NCBI GenBank assembly: GCA_041740355.1
Contig: JBGSMD010000009.1
Coordinates: 1-64,000, forward strand
Reading direction: 5' to 3'
DNA: 64,000 nt
Source of the DNA: Bdellovibrionota bacterium
Lineage (GTDB): Bacteria; Bdellovibrionota_C; UBA2361; CALJRW01
Shown here: positions 10,196 to 20,292 of the stretch, one piece after another
Layout: each line of letters starts with the position of its first letter
Position numbering within the stretch: position 1 is the first letter of the stretch
Notes under the pieces: model-generated
Told to the model about the DNA's origin: nothing
Databases searched by the model: none
The model's input: only the letters and a program-made list of their open reading frames with translations
Position numbers and translations under genes: made by a program

Positions 10196-11137
10196 ATGGA
10201 ATATTACTTACATTTAGCAATTATCACTTGCATTTACCTGATATTGGCACAGGCTCTAAATCTAAACTTTGGATTGGGCGGAATGTTTAACTTAGCGCAT
10301 GTAGCATGTTACGCTATTGGTGCTTATACGACAGCAATCCTTGCTGTTGATTATCAATACTCATTCTTAATTTGTATTCTATATAGCGGATTGGTTGCCT
10401 CCCTACTCTCGCTAATTCTTGGTGCAATATCTCTTAGACTAGCCCTTGACTACTTTGCTATTGGAACTCTCTCTTTTAGTTTTATTATCTCAGCTTTACT
10501 GATTAATTGGAAAGAATTAACCCGAGGGGTATTAGGAATTCCAGGAATTCCGCGACCGGAAATTTACTTCTTTGATCTACCAAGCTTTAATCACTTTATA
10601 ACAATCGACTTCTCTAGTAATTATAATTTCCTAATATTAGTATTTTGTTTTGCAGTAATCACTAATCTGATTTTCTATTTTATCTTTAAAGCTCCATACT
10701 CCCGAGCGCTTCGTGCACAATCAGAATTTGTTCATGCCTCGCAGACGTTAGCAATTAATTCCACAGCTGTTAGACTATGGAGTTTTACGATTAGTTCTTT
10801 TTTTGCTGGGATTGCGGGTTCCTTTTTCGCTTACTATATTAATTATATTGACCCTTCCTCTTTCTCTCTTCAAGAGATGCTCTTTGTATTTTCCATAATT
10901 ATTGTTGGTCGACCAGGATCTTTTTGGGGAGTAATTGCAGCTTCAATTTTCTTGGTACTACTTCCTGAAGGCTTAAGGTTTATTAAAATACTGGAGTTTA
11001 CCAATGAGGGCTGGATTTGGATTCCAATACCTTCCAGCGTCCTTGGTCCAATGCGCCAATTTCTATATGCTTTTATTTTGTTTACTACTGTTTACATTAA
11101 CAAAGGGGTACTATTCCCAACTCAAAGGAAAATTTGA
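10196..11137 (+). CDS. livM: Branched-chain amino acid ABC permease
   Basis: LNLNFGLGGMFNLAH…IGAY, LDYFAIGTL, LTRG. Confidence 0.88.
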   Translation: MEYYLHLAIITCIYLILAQALNLNFGLGGMFNLAHVACYAIGAYTTAILAVDYQYSFLICILYSGLVASLLSLILGAISLRLALDYFAIGTLSFSFIISALLINWKELTRGVLGIPGIPRPEIYFFDLPSFNHFITIDFSSNYNFLILVFCFAVITNLIFYFIFKAPYSRALRAQSEFVHASQTLAINSTAVRLWSFTISSFFAGIAGSFFAYYINYIDPSSFSLQEMLFVFSIIIVGRPGSFWGVIAASIFLVLLPEGLRFIKILEFTNEGWIWIPIPSSVLGPMRQFLYAFILFTTVYINKGVLFPTQRKI

Positions 11138-11140
11138 TCT

Positions 11141-11881
11141 ATGTTAGACATTCAAGGACTACATCTTACGTTAAACAAGCTTCACATCCTGAAAGGTATT
11201 GATATCGAAATCAATTCTGGAGAAACTGTTGGGATTATTGGACCAAATGGAAGCGGCAAAACTACATTGTTCAACAGTATTTCCGGCTTTCATCAAAGTA
11301 ATGATGGCAAGATAATTTTTAATGGTGCCGATTTAACTAAACTTGCACCCTACCGTCGGGCTCGCTTAGGCATTGGTCGCGTTTTTCAGAACTTTGGGAT
11401 TTTCAGAGAACAGTCTTTGGTGGAAAATATCTTGATTGCCTTAGAAACGAAGCAATCTTTCTGGGCTACGCTTTGGCCTTGGTCTAAGCAAAACCGCATA
11501 AATAAAATCAGAGCGCTTGGATTTTTACGTAAAGTAAAACTACATGAAAAAGCAAACGAAAAGGCAGCAAGTCTTTCGGGTGGGCAAATGCGACTTCTAG
11601 AAATTATTAGAACCCTTGCCTTTGGTGCAGATTTATTTTTACTGGATGAACCGACTGCCGGTGTTTCCCCTAAAATGAAAGCTGAAATTTCCGAGATTAT
11701 AAAAAAGTTAAAAAAGCGTCAGAAGACTGTTTTAATTATTGAACACGACATCAACTTCATTTATGGCTTTTGTGATCGCGTGATTGTACTTGATGCCGGT
11801 CGGGTTGTAATGGACGATACCCCAGAAAATGTACGTAAAAATCCTAAGTTGCAAGAAATTTATTTTGGAACCAAAGCTTAA
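11141..11881 (+). CDS. livG: Branched-chain amino acid ABC ATPase (LivG-like)
   Basis: GPNGSGKTTLFN, RARLGIGRVFQ, LSGGQ, LLDEPTAG, IEHD. Confidence 0.85.
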   Translation: MLDIQGLHLTLNKLHILKGIDIEINSGETVGIIGPNGSGKTTLFNSISGFHQSNDGKIIFNGADLTKLAPYRRARLGIGRVFQNFGIFREQSLVENILIALETKQSFWATLWPWSKQNRINKIRALGFLRKVKLHEKANEKAASLSGGQMRLLEIIRTLAFGADLFLLDEPTAGVSPKMKAEISEIIKKLKKRQKTVLIIEHDINFIYGFCDRVIVLDAGRVVMDDTPENVRKNPKLQEIYFGTKA

Positions 11882-12262
11882 ATTTCTTTAAACAATGATT
11901 ATGATTTGGGAACTCGTTCCTAGAGTCTAAAACAATAATTTTAATTAAACCTACCAAAATTCCGAAATGTTTTTTGGAAAAGTCTACTATTGTTAATATT
12001 TTTAGCAACATAAGTACTAAAGTAATCTGGCCTTGGCCCTCCAAAGCACATCTCAACTTAGTAATTTAGTTTTTAATTGGCCTAGACTGCTTTAATATCC
12101 CTTAAAATGGTGAAACAGACCGGTTTATTTCGATTTATGGGATTATTTAATGATACTCTAGCGCATCTGCCTAAAATTTATTAAATATTTAAAGTTATTG
12201 AATTTTATTCCGATATTAATCAAGTACCAAAGAATATCAGATCAGTCTCAAGAAATTAATGT

Positions 12263-14146
12263 ATGAAGATAATTAAAAGATATACTGATCGCAACCTTTG
12301 CCAAGAAAAAGGTTATGCCATGATGATGGCCATGATGTTAATAGTCGTGATGGGTGCAATTCTAACCACTTATCATTTGCTTACCTCTGTAGAGTTAGCA
12401 AGTATTGGCGCTTCAGCTCGTCAGGAGAAATCTTTTTATTCTGCGGAGGCAGCTCTAAACGTCAGGATCGAAGATTTTCGTAAAACATTTAATAATTACA
12501 ACATGCCTACAGGTACGCCACCTAGTACCACTAATCCTTGCGTTGGTGGCAATAATGGATCAGGTGATTTTAGGTGTATCGAATATACATTTGGCAATAA
12601 CACCATCCAAACATATGTTGTCGACAATGCGGGAAATCCTACAAGAGTAACGATTCCTATGTGGGAGTCTTATGGAGGTTTATATGCCTTTCAAAATAGG
12701 TATTCAGTCTTTGCCCGGGCAGTGAGAAGTGATGGTTCTACCGGGTCAATTTTAGGACTTAGCATGAGAAGTCGATCTGTCCCAATTTATCAATTTGCCT
12801 TGTTTTCAGACGTCACTAACACATTTGCTCCTTACACCATGGATATTGGCGGACCAATACACATGAATGGTGATTTTATTGTTGGCTGTGACAATGAATT
12901 AAATATTTATGGCTCGGTCAGTGTTTCCGGTGAAATTAGACGCATGTCTTGTCCACTAGGTGGAATTATCAGGATGCCCGATGTGATTGCGACGCTTCCC
13001 TATAATATTGGTATGTTAACAGAGTTAAATGGTCTTTATGGCTGTGATCCTAGTTATGAAACGCATTTTGCTGGGCTACCTTTTACTGAGTGGAATCAGT
13101 TGGTAAAACAAGATGTCGCTAGTATTGATGTACCCGAAATTAAAGAACTTGATCCTGTGGCAGGAAATAATTTTTGGGATGGTGCAGACCTCCGCTTTGC
13201 ATTAAAAGTTAATGCCTCAGCTGAACCGAACTTAACTTACGCACCAAATACAGGAATTGAAGTTAGGAATCAAAATGGTTCAGTAAATGTTGGATTAACT
13301 AGTATTATTGATTCATGTACTAATCCTACTGGGGCCAGTCGCTTTCAAAATCATCCCCTGGCAATTACTAGCTCTGCTTCTGGTGCAGGAAACAAAGCAA
13401 ATCAAATGTATAATCCGGCTGAACTGAGCATTATCACTATGTTAGAAGTTGATTTGCGAAGCTTGCTTAATTGTCTTCATAGTAATTCAATTTTAGCTTT
13501 AGATGAAACCACCAATGATGGGCTAGTGCTTTATTTTACAGTGGAAGGCCCATATAGCTCCGGACTAAATACGTATGGGGTCAGAATTGCTAATGCCGAG
13601 GAACTCGCTGCTACCGTTGGAGGGGCTCCACGTCCGGAAGGTTTGACAATAGTAACAAATCAGGCTCTTTATACTTATGGAAATTATAATATCACTAATA
13701 AAATCCCCGCTTCTTTAATCTCTGACTCTTATAATGTCTTATCTTCTAATTGGAATGATTTAATCTCACATAACCATAACCCGAGCATTTTAGCCTCTGG
13801 TTACGCCAATAGAATACCAGTAAATACTACTATTAATGCTGCAATCATTTCAGGAACAAGATTAGAGAGTGGTATGGAGAACATTTCCCGGATGAGCGAG
13901 GATTGGAGTGGCCCACCCCTTAAAACCCTAACATTACTAGGGTCAATAATCACTGCAGGGACTCCAGTTCATACCAATAACTATCCGCAAGATTTGGGGG
14001 ATGTTCCAGTTGGAGCAACTTATACACCACCATTTAGTAACATTAATTTTGATCCTACTTTTAATACTCCAGGACTTTTACCCCCTCTTACACCAAGGTT
14101 TACCTATATTCGTCAGACATTGTTTGATCAGGAGTTTGAACAGTAG
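12263..14146 (+). CDS. PilX-like N-terminal domain protein (pilus-associated minor subunit/adhesin)
   Basis: Prepilin-like EKG|YAMMMAMMLIVVM; FYSAEAAL; YQFALF; PIHMNG; C-terminal YTPP…FDP…LPPLTP. Confidence 0.7.
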   Translation: MKIIKRYTDRNLCQEKGYAMMMAMMLIVVMGAILTTYHLLTSVELASIGASARQEKSFYSAEAALNVRIEDFRKTFNNYNMPTGTPPSTTNPCVGGNNGSGDFRCIEYTFGNNTIQTYVVDNAGNPTRVTIPMWESYGGLYAFQNRYSVFARAVRSDGSTGSILGLSMRSRSVPIYQFALFSDVTNTFAPYTMDIGGPIHMNGDFIVGCDNELNIYGSVSVSGEIRRMSCPLGGIIRMPDVIATLPYNIGMLTELNGLYGCDPSYETHFAGLPFTEWNQLVKQDVASIDVPEIKELDPVAGNNFWDGADLRFALKVNASAEPNLTYAPNTGIEVRNQNGSVNVGLTSIIDSCTNPTGASRFQNHPLAITSSASGAGNKANQMYNPAELSIITMLEVDLRSLLNCLHSNSILALDETTNDGLVLYFTVEGPYSSGLNTYGVRIANAEELAATVGGAPRPEGLTIVTNQALYTYGNYNITNKIPASLISDSYNVLSSNWNDLISHNHNPSILASGYANRIPVNTTINAAIISGTRLESGMENISRMSEDWSGPPLKTLTLLGSIITAGTPVHTNNYPQDLGDVPVGATYTPPFSNINFDPTFNTPGLLPPLTPRFTYIRQTLFDQEFEQ

Positions 14147-14166
14147 TGTATTAGTTAAATCAATTT

Positions 14167-15054
14167 TTAGTATGTCAGATTCAAATCCTTAATTCGTTTA
14201 AGCATTCCACATTGATTAGCGATTTGAATCGAAAGACCCGGCCGAGCATTAGCTTCTAATAGAAGTGGTCCTAATTTTTCATCCAGTACCAGATCGACAC
14301 CCATGTAACCTAGCTTAAAAACTTCGTAGCACTTCTCGGCATAAGTGATTATCTTTTCCCACTCATTAATCTTAATTCCCGAAAGCTTGGCTTTCGTATC
14401 CGGATGATACTCAATCAAGCTACTGCCTTGAATGGCAAAAGTTGTCATCCCTGTTTCTAGATCAATTCCAACTCCAACGGCACCCTGGTGTAAGTTTGCT
14501 TTATTACCTGACTGTTGAGTTGGCAAGCGCATCATCGACATCACTGGCTGTCCTTTAAGAATAATAATTCTTAAATCTGGTGTGCCTTGAAAACTTAAAT
14601 TGCTATGTTGCGGATCGAAATCAACTTTATATTCAACAAAAGCGCGGTCCGGCTGGCCACCAAGACTATATAAACCGGAAAGTGTGTTCCCCAGATGTTC
14701 TTTGATTTTTTCTAAGCCTACTTCTTCTCCAGATAGTTTAAAAAACTTACCGTCTTTTTGATTTAAAACAATGATCCCTTTACCACCTGAACCGTGCTCT
14801 GGTTTAATTACAAAGCTAGCATATTTGGATAGTACTTCATGAATATTTTTAATCTGAAAATAGGATTCGATCACATAGTACAATTCCGGAACGGGAATAC
14901 CAACTTGCTGTGCTAACAACTTACTCTTAAGCTTACTATCAACATTTGGAAAATATTTACGGCGATTGTACTTCTGAATGAAGTCAATGTTACGGCGATT
15001 GATTCCCAGAATCCCTGCTTCTCTTAATTGCTTTAAAGTATTCAAAAAGAACAT
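14167..15054 (-). CDS. Alpha-L-glutamate ligase-like ATP-grasp protein (RimK-related)
   Basis: GILGINRRN, FVIKPEHGSGGKGI, MRLPT…KANLHQGA, LEANARPGLSIQIAN. Confidence 0.92.
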   Translation of the reverse strand: MFFLNTLKQLREAGILGINRRNIDFIQKYNRRKYFPNVDSKLKSKLLAQQVGIPVPELYYVIESYFQIKNIHEVLSKYASFVIKPEHGSGGKGIIVLNQKDGKFFKLSGEEVGLEKIKEHLGNTLSGLYSLGGQPDRAFVEYKVDFDPQHSNLSFQGTPDLRIIILKGQPVMSMMRLPTQQSGNKANLHQGAVGVGIDLETGMTTFAIQGSSLIEYHPDTKAKLSGIKINEWEKIITYAEKCYEVFKLGYMGVDLVLDEKLGPLLLEANARPGLSIQIANQCGMLKRIKDLNLTY

Positions 15055-15059
15055 AGCTG

Positions 15060-16571
15060 CTATTTATTAACTAAATTGCGAAAACGAAATAATTCACTTA
15101 AGCGATATCCGTTATATCTACCAATCAACATTAATAAGCCCATTATCACAATATGCATTTCCCAGAAACTAAAGCTCCAGTACTGAACAATCTTTGTTGT
15201 CATTATTAAATGAATAATAGAAGACATAATGATTGTATTTATTAAGTTTTTAATTGTTGGTTTAATTCCAGCCTCCTCGATCATAATCGACATTCGCTCA
15301 ATGATCATAGAAATTACAATAATGGGGAAAAGTGTGGCAGAAAAACCTTCGACTAAGTTAAAGTTCCAAGAAATCTTGCTAATTACAGCAATCGACATAA
15401 TTACAAAGATCAAAGTGCATGAAATTCTGGCAACGGAAAGCAGCCGCATCTTACTCATTAGTCCTCGAAAGATTAATCCTGCAACAATCATAATTAGTAA
15501 CAATGACAGCCCCACTTTAAGTCCTACCTGATTAAAGGAAAGTGCCACAAGCACGGACATGAAAGTTCCAAATGCCGAAACTCCAATAATAATTCGAGTA
15601 AAGGCAACTATTAAAGCACCCAGTGGTATCAACAACATGACCCGATAAACTACTTGTACAGATGCTGGTAAATCATGGAGCGAAATCAAGTCAAAGAACT
15701 TACTATGTAGAACTTCTTTTTGTGGCTTTAAAAAATTATAATTTTCATCAGGTAACATCGAGTAATGCATGTTTACTGGATTTGAAATTTGATTTAACTC
15801 ATCCAGAAAATCCCAAAATAGTACTTGTTGGCCATTACTAATTTCAGAATCAAGGAAAACGTTATACGTTTTTTGTTCCTTTTCTGCTCTAACCCAATAA
15901 ATGAAATTTGTATCTTTAGTAGGCTTTTCCGGATAAAAACCTCGTGCAATGGCTGCTTTAAAATTATTCTGTCTTAAAACATTAACTAATAAAATAGCTT
16001 TTTTACGTATCGATATAGATTTAGTAATGCCTGTATTAGATTCTAAGCATTTAGACTTTGCAAAGCATTCTCCTAGCTCTAAAGCGACATTCTTCTTTGC
16101 TTGTTTAATCTCACGAATATACTTTGTTAATAACTCCGGTTGATAATCTGGAAAATCAGCAACTAAATCCACTGATAATTGCGATAAATTGCTGGGAATT
16201 TCAATTCCACTTGTTCCTTGTTGCAATACAACGGAATAATTAAAGGCCTTCTCTGGGATTGAATTCTCAACTCCCCGATTAGACCAAACTAATGTTCTTA
16301 TTCCATTACTTTCATAAACTGTCATTCCCTGGACAGTCTGACTATAGCCTTCCTGAATAATTCTAGCTTTGCTTAGGGTACTAGGAATGTTTAATTTAAT
16401 TACCTTATTTGAAGCTAATTCCTCAGCATCAACTGTGACTTCCAACTTCCAAGTATCATTTGTAATTACAGGTAAGAACTCCGCCTTCAATACGAAATGA
16501 CGATATGCCAACATTCCAATGGCGATGGCAAATAACAGATAAGGTACAATTAAAAATTTATTTTTCATCAA
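15060..16571 (-). CDS. Inactive transglutaminase fused to a 7TM domain (UUP1/RloB-like)
   Basis: IPLGAL…IIGVSAFGTFM, FPIIVISMIIER, GRYNGYRLSELFRF; canonical neighbour of the ATP-grasp gene. Confidence 0.88.
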   Translation of the reverse strand: MMKNKFLIVPYLLFAIAIGMLAYRHFVLKAEFLPVITNDTWKLEVTVDAEELASNKVIKLNIPSTLSKARIIQEGYSQTVQGMTVYESNGIRTLVWSNRGVENSIPEKAFNYSVVLQQGTSGIEIPSNLSQLSVDLVADFPDYQPELLTKYIREIKQAKKNVALELGECFAKSKCLESNTGITKSISIRKKAILLVNVLRQNNFKAAIARGFYPEKPTKDTNFIYWVRAEKEQKTYNVFLDSEISNGQQVLFWDFLDELNQISNPVNMHYSMLPDENYNFLKPQKEVLHSKFFDLISLHDLPASVQVVYRVMLLIPLGALIVAFTRIIIGVSAFGTFMSVLVALSFNQVGLKVGLSLLLIMIVAGLIFRGLMSKMRLLSVARISCTLIFVIMSIAVISKISWNFNLVEGFSATLFPIIVISMIIERMSIMIEEAGIKPTIKNLINTIIMSSIIHLIMTTKIVQYWSFSFWEMHIVIMGLLMLIGRYNGYRLSELFRFRNLVNK

Positions 16572-16573
16572 TA

Positions 16574-17083
16574 TTACTTTTCTTTTAAATCACAACTTGG
16601 TTCAGAATTGTAGGTTTCTGAGGAATTTACCAAAAAATGTCCTGCTAGAAAATTTCTTCCAACAAGGACTGGATAATCAAAATTAGAACGATCCACTAAA
16701 TTACAGGCGACATACTCTAAATAATCATCGATACATAATCCTAAATTGACCACAGGCCTGATATGATAACCACCATCCTTGTTTTTTATTTTAGTCATTC
16801 GGAGAACTTTACGCTCTACTTTCTTGATTTCCCCATAGCGATTCGCCATTTTAAAACGGACATACTGTGTTTTATTTTTTTTAAAACTTTCGATGTCCTC
16901 AGCATGAACCGAACAAGTATCCGCTCCGGTATCAACTTTGGAATCAAGTTGCATGTTAAAGGGATAGATCTGTACTCGCTCCACCCAACCAATGCTTCTT
17001 ACCTTAGGAGCATTAACCTCAGATACTGAACATCCCGAGCTAATTACCAAAAATATGAAAAGAAATCTTTTTGAATACATCAC
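16574..17083 (-). CDS. Retropepsin-like aspartic peptidase (RimK-associated 'ATP-dependent zinc protease' family), probable lipoprotein
   Basis: IGWVE, KVDTGADTCSVHA, LVDRSNFDYPVLVGRNFL; lipobox-like SSGC. Confidence 0.88.
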   Translation of the reverse strand: MMYSKRFLFIFLVISSGCSVSEVNAPKVRSIGWVERVQIYPFNMQLDSKVDTGADTCSVHAEDIESFKKNKTQYVRFKMANRYGEIKKVERKVLRMTKIKNKDGGYHIRPVVNLGLCIDDYLEYVACNLVDRSNFDYPVLVGRNFLAGHFLVNSSETYNSEPSCDLKEK

Positions 17084-17096
17084 TAAACTTTAGAAA

Positions 17097-17837
17097 TTAC
17101 TTACAACTTGGAACAGAGATTTTTGTAAGGCCTGGATCGATGATGAAATGACCTGCTAAACTATCACGTCCAATTCTTGCTGAATGCTCAAAATCACTTC
17201 GATTACTAACAATAAAATCTAACTTAAAATGCTGCATGTTAAGACAAAATTCTAAAGTGACTTTATATTGATTATCTTTTGGGTCACTCTTTTCTCTCAT
17301 ACTAATAACTTTTTTGTGAAACCTTACAGTCCGACCTAATTTATCAGTCACATCAAAATCTAGCCATTTTGCATCACCTTTCTTGATGCTCATTACAATA
17401 TTATCGGCATGCAATGCGTTCCCAGCTGTTCCGGGTGTTAACTTAGCATCCACTGATAATCCTTTTTGGCCCAATAAGATTGGTTCAACCCACCCCAAAA
17501 TAATTCGTTCCTTTGATTTAGAATTTAGATTCACGGTATTAGCCGGTGGCACAGAGGTAACGTCCTCAGTCTTGCCTATTATTTCTTCGTTAATAATGTC
17601 TTCACGAGCATCTTCCTCGGTCTCTGCTTTAATATTTTTAGCTGCTGGCTCCGCTACGATTGTAGCTGAAGGCTCGGGAGTCTCAGGAGTTGGCGCAACT
17701 TCAATAGTAGTATCTTTTGAATCAACGACGAGCTCCACAGTTGCTTCTGGAACTATGGTTTCGTTATCAGCAAATACTTGTAAGGAAAGAAAGAAGAAAC
17801 TAGAAATGAATAAGAAAAGTAAGAAATGTTTTTTCAT
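17097..17837 (-). CDS. Secreted paralog of the retropepsin-like peptidase with a degenerate active site
   Basis: Signal peptide from MKKHFLLFLF (ATG at 17837), then a Glu/Pro/Thr/Ala linker, LGWVE, AKLTPGT (replaces DTG), NRSDFE…IGRDSLAG. Confidence 0.75.
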   Translation of the reverse strand: MKKHFLLFLFISSFFFLSLQVFADNETIVPEATVELVVDSKDTTIEVAPTPETPEPSATIVAEPAAKNIKAETEEDAREDIINEEIIGKTEDVTSVPPANTVNLNSKSKERIILGWVEPILLGQKGLSVDAKLTPGTAGNALHADNIVMSIKKGDAKWLDFDVTDKLGRTVRFHKKVISMREKSDPKDNQYKVTLEFCLNMQHFKLDFIVSNRSDFEHSARIGRDSLAGHFIIDPGLTKISVPSCK

Positions 17838-18097
17838 TTTATCAAAGCTAATAAAAATCTGTGCGTGAGTATGCCTCTTTTTGGCCACCTTCATCTCTTG
17901 GCTATTACAATTGCTTTGATTGCAATCGAATAATCCAAGATTCAGAGTAATCCTTAAATACAAATTTAACGATCAATATTTATCTAAAAAATATTTTCTC
18001 AAAACCTTTATCTAATGATCGAACTAATGTATCCTAGTCAGTTCAGAAGTTTATCTGAAAAAATCACAAATATCTCAACAGCAAAAATCGAGAACAA

Positions 18098-18829
18098 ATG
18101 ACCCAAAGTAAAACTATCACATCCTTTAATTTTAAATCTGGAGAAAGAGTAGCAGATAAATACTATATTACTAATAAAATTGGTAGTGGCTGGGAGGGTG
18201 AGGTCTATATAGTTAAAGAACTTTCCACTAAGATTGAACGGGGGGCTAAATTCTTCTTTCCGCACCGTAACTTACAAATGAAGACCTCAAAAGCTGCTGC
18301 TAGGAAACTTCATAAGCTCCGAGATTGTCAGGTCTTAATACCCTTTCATAGCCATGAGATTATCTCTTTTCAGGAGCAAAAAGTTGTTATGTTAGTGTCA
18401 GACTTTGTGACAGGTGAATCTCTTAGCGAGTTTCTAAGTAAACAACCGGGTAAGCGTTTATCAGTTTATCAAGGGCTTCACTTGTTACATTCACTTGCTT
18501 TAGGCATTGCTGAAATTCAAAATCATCAGGAGTATCATGGGGATCTGCATACTGACAATATTATCATTAAAAGATACGGCCTAGGCTTTGATTTAAAATT
18601 TATTGATTTTTTTAATTGGAGTCATCCCCGTCATCAGAACATGAAGGATGATCTATTCGATTTAATTAAGATTTTCTATGATGCCATTGGTGGTAGTAAG
18701 CACTACAGTAAACACCCCGAAGAAGTAAAAGCGATCTGTAACGGGCTACGAAAAAATCTGATTCATAAGCGCTTTAAATCCGCTGATGCCTTAATTAAGT
18801 ACATCGAGAATATAAACTGGGCTTGTTAA
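18098..18829 (+). CDS. Stand-alone Hanks-type Ser/Thr kinase-like protein
   Basis: IGSGWEGEVY, GAKFF, HGDLHTDNII, IDFF. Confidence 0.85.
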   Translation: MTQSKTITSFNFKSGERVADKYYITNKIGSGWEGEVYIVKELSTKIERGAKFFFPHRNLQMKTSKAAARKLHKLRDCQVLIPFHSHEIISFQEQKVVMLVSDFVTGESLSEFLSKQPGKRLSVYQGLHLLHSLALGIAEIQNHQEYHGDLHTDNIIIKRYGLGFDLKFIDFFNWSHPRHQNMKDDLFDLIKIFYDAIGGSKHYSKHPEEVKAICNGLRKNLIHKRFKSADALIKYIENINWAC

Positions 18830-18837
18830 TAGAGAAA

Positions 18838-19215
18838 TTAATTAGACTTGAATGCTACCCAAGCCTGAAAAAAGATCACTAAGATCATGATTGTTCCACC
18901 TATTGGTGTAATTGCTCCTAACCACTTGATACCAGTGATTGCTAATAAATATAAGCTACCTGAAAAAATAAAACTGCCCACTAACAGCAAAATCACACTT
19001 ACCTTAAGGTGACTTACTTGAGCTAAACATAAAATTAAAACGGTAAAAGCAATTACAAAATGATAAAAATTTGCTTTAAAGAAAACGTCTTTCCCATATT
19101 CATCAAGGATATCTTTAAGTCCATGAGCACCGAAAGCACCAATCACAATTGCTAATCCAAGTGATAGTAAACCGAAAGCAAAACAGTAATTTTGAGGCAG
19201 GATTTGATTATTCAT
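18838..19215 (-). CDS. DUF423 family membrane protein
   Basis: GAFGAHGL, IFSGSLY, GAITPIGG. Confidence 0.93.
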   Translation of the reverse strand: MNNQILPQNYCFAFGLLSLGLAIVIGAFGAHGLKDILDEYGKDVFFKANFYHFVIAFTVLILCLAQVSHLKVSVILLLVGSFIFSGSLYLLAITGIKWLGAITPIGGTIMILVIFFQAWVAFKSN

Positions 19216-19305
19216 GAGAAGACTATATTTATTATCTAAATGACTGTAAAGATTAATGACAAAATCATGTCCAACAAAGTTCCTTATCTAATTGATTAAG
19301 AAATA

Positions 19306-20292
19306 ATGATCATTAAAACAGTAAACCTCTCGAAACAGTTTTTAATCCCACAGAAGGAACCTGGGCTAATCTCTGCCTTCTGTTCTCTCTGGAAGCCAAA
19401 TTATCAGACTAAAATCGCTATCCAGGACTTCAATTTAGAAATTAATCGAGGTGAATTTGTGGGACTACTAGGGCCCAATGGTGCGGGCAAAACAACCTTA
19501 ATAAAAATGTTGACCGGTATTATTGCTCCTAGCTCAGGACTAGCGGAAGTTTTAGGGCATACACCTTTTAAACGTCCAATGGATTTTCGCAAAAACATTG
19601 CCTTAGTAATGGGACAGAAGTCTCAACTTTGGTGGGATATTCCAGCAATCGATTCTTTCAATTTATTGGCTACTTATTACGAGCTGGACCCCAAAGTCTA
19701 TCAAAATAGACTTGCTGAGTTAACAGAGAAACTAAATTTAACGGGTATTTTAAATACTCCTATTCGTAAGTTATCCTTGGGAGAAAGAATGAAGATGGAA
19801 CTTAGCGCCTGCTTACTCCATAACCCACAGGTTATTTTTTTGGATGAACCGACAATCGGGCTTGATGTAGTTGCGCAAGAAAACATTCGTGAATTCTTGA
19901 AAAATTACCAAAATGAAAGTAACTGCACAATTATTCTCACCTCTCATTACATGGCAGACATTACTGCCCTCTGTCGCCGAATTGTCTTAGTACTTGATGG
20001 TAAAAAGGATTTTGATGGGCCACTGGATGATTTTATAAATATCCTTGGGAATAAGAAACTAGTAAGTCTTAGATTTACGAATCCCCCGGATCAGCATCAT
20101 TTGATTTGGAACGATTTCTTACCTGAATGGGACACCGATGGTTTAAGTGTGGAACTACAAGTTCCAATTGATAATTTAAATTCAGAAATGATTAAGATTA
20201 TGAGTACTTTTCCAATCCAGGATTTTCAAACGGAGAAATTACCAATTGAAAAAGTGATGAAGATATTACTTAGCAAAGAAAGAAATGTCTGA
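19306..20292 (+). CDS. ABC-2 type exporter ATP-binding protein
   Basis: GPNGAGKTT, VMGQKSQLWWD, LSLGERMK, LDEPTIGLD. Confidence 0.93.
   Translation: MIIKTVNLSKQFLIPQKEPGLISAFCSLWKPNYQTKIAIQDFNLEINRGEFVGLLGPNGAGKTTLIKMLTGIIAPSSGLAEVLGHTPFKRPMDFRKNIALVMGQKSQLWWDIPAIDSFNLLATYYELDPKVYQNRLAELTEKLNLTGILNTPIRKLSLGERMKMELSACLLHNPQVIFLDEPTIGLDVVAQENIREFLKNYQNESNCTIILTSHYMADITALCRRIVLVLDGKKDFDGPLDDFINILGNKKLVSLRFTNPPDQHHLIWNDFLPEWDTDGLSVELQVPIDNLNSEMIKIMSTFPIQDFQTEKLPIEKVMKILLSKERNV

Noticed and set aside
15060-16571. Transglutaminase-like gene as the missing lasso B2 peptidase
   Set aside because: It is the inactive transglutaminase-7TM family tied to the ATP-grasp operon, lacks a recognisable catalytic Cys motif, and is 35 kb away.
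17383-17868. 161-aa + strand ORF and other overlapping short ORFs (for example 1606, 15229, 23369, 36294, 50373, 54632)
   Set aside because: They are antisense or alternate-frame shadows of well-supported genes and have no motifs.
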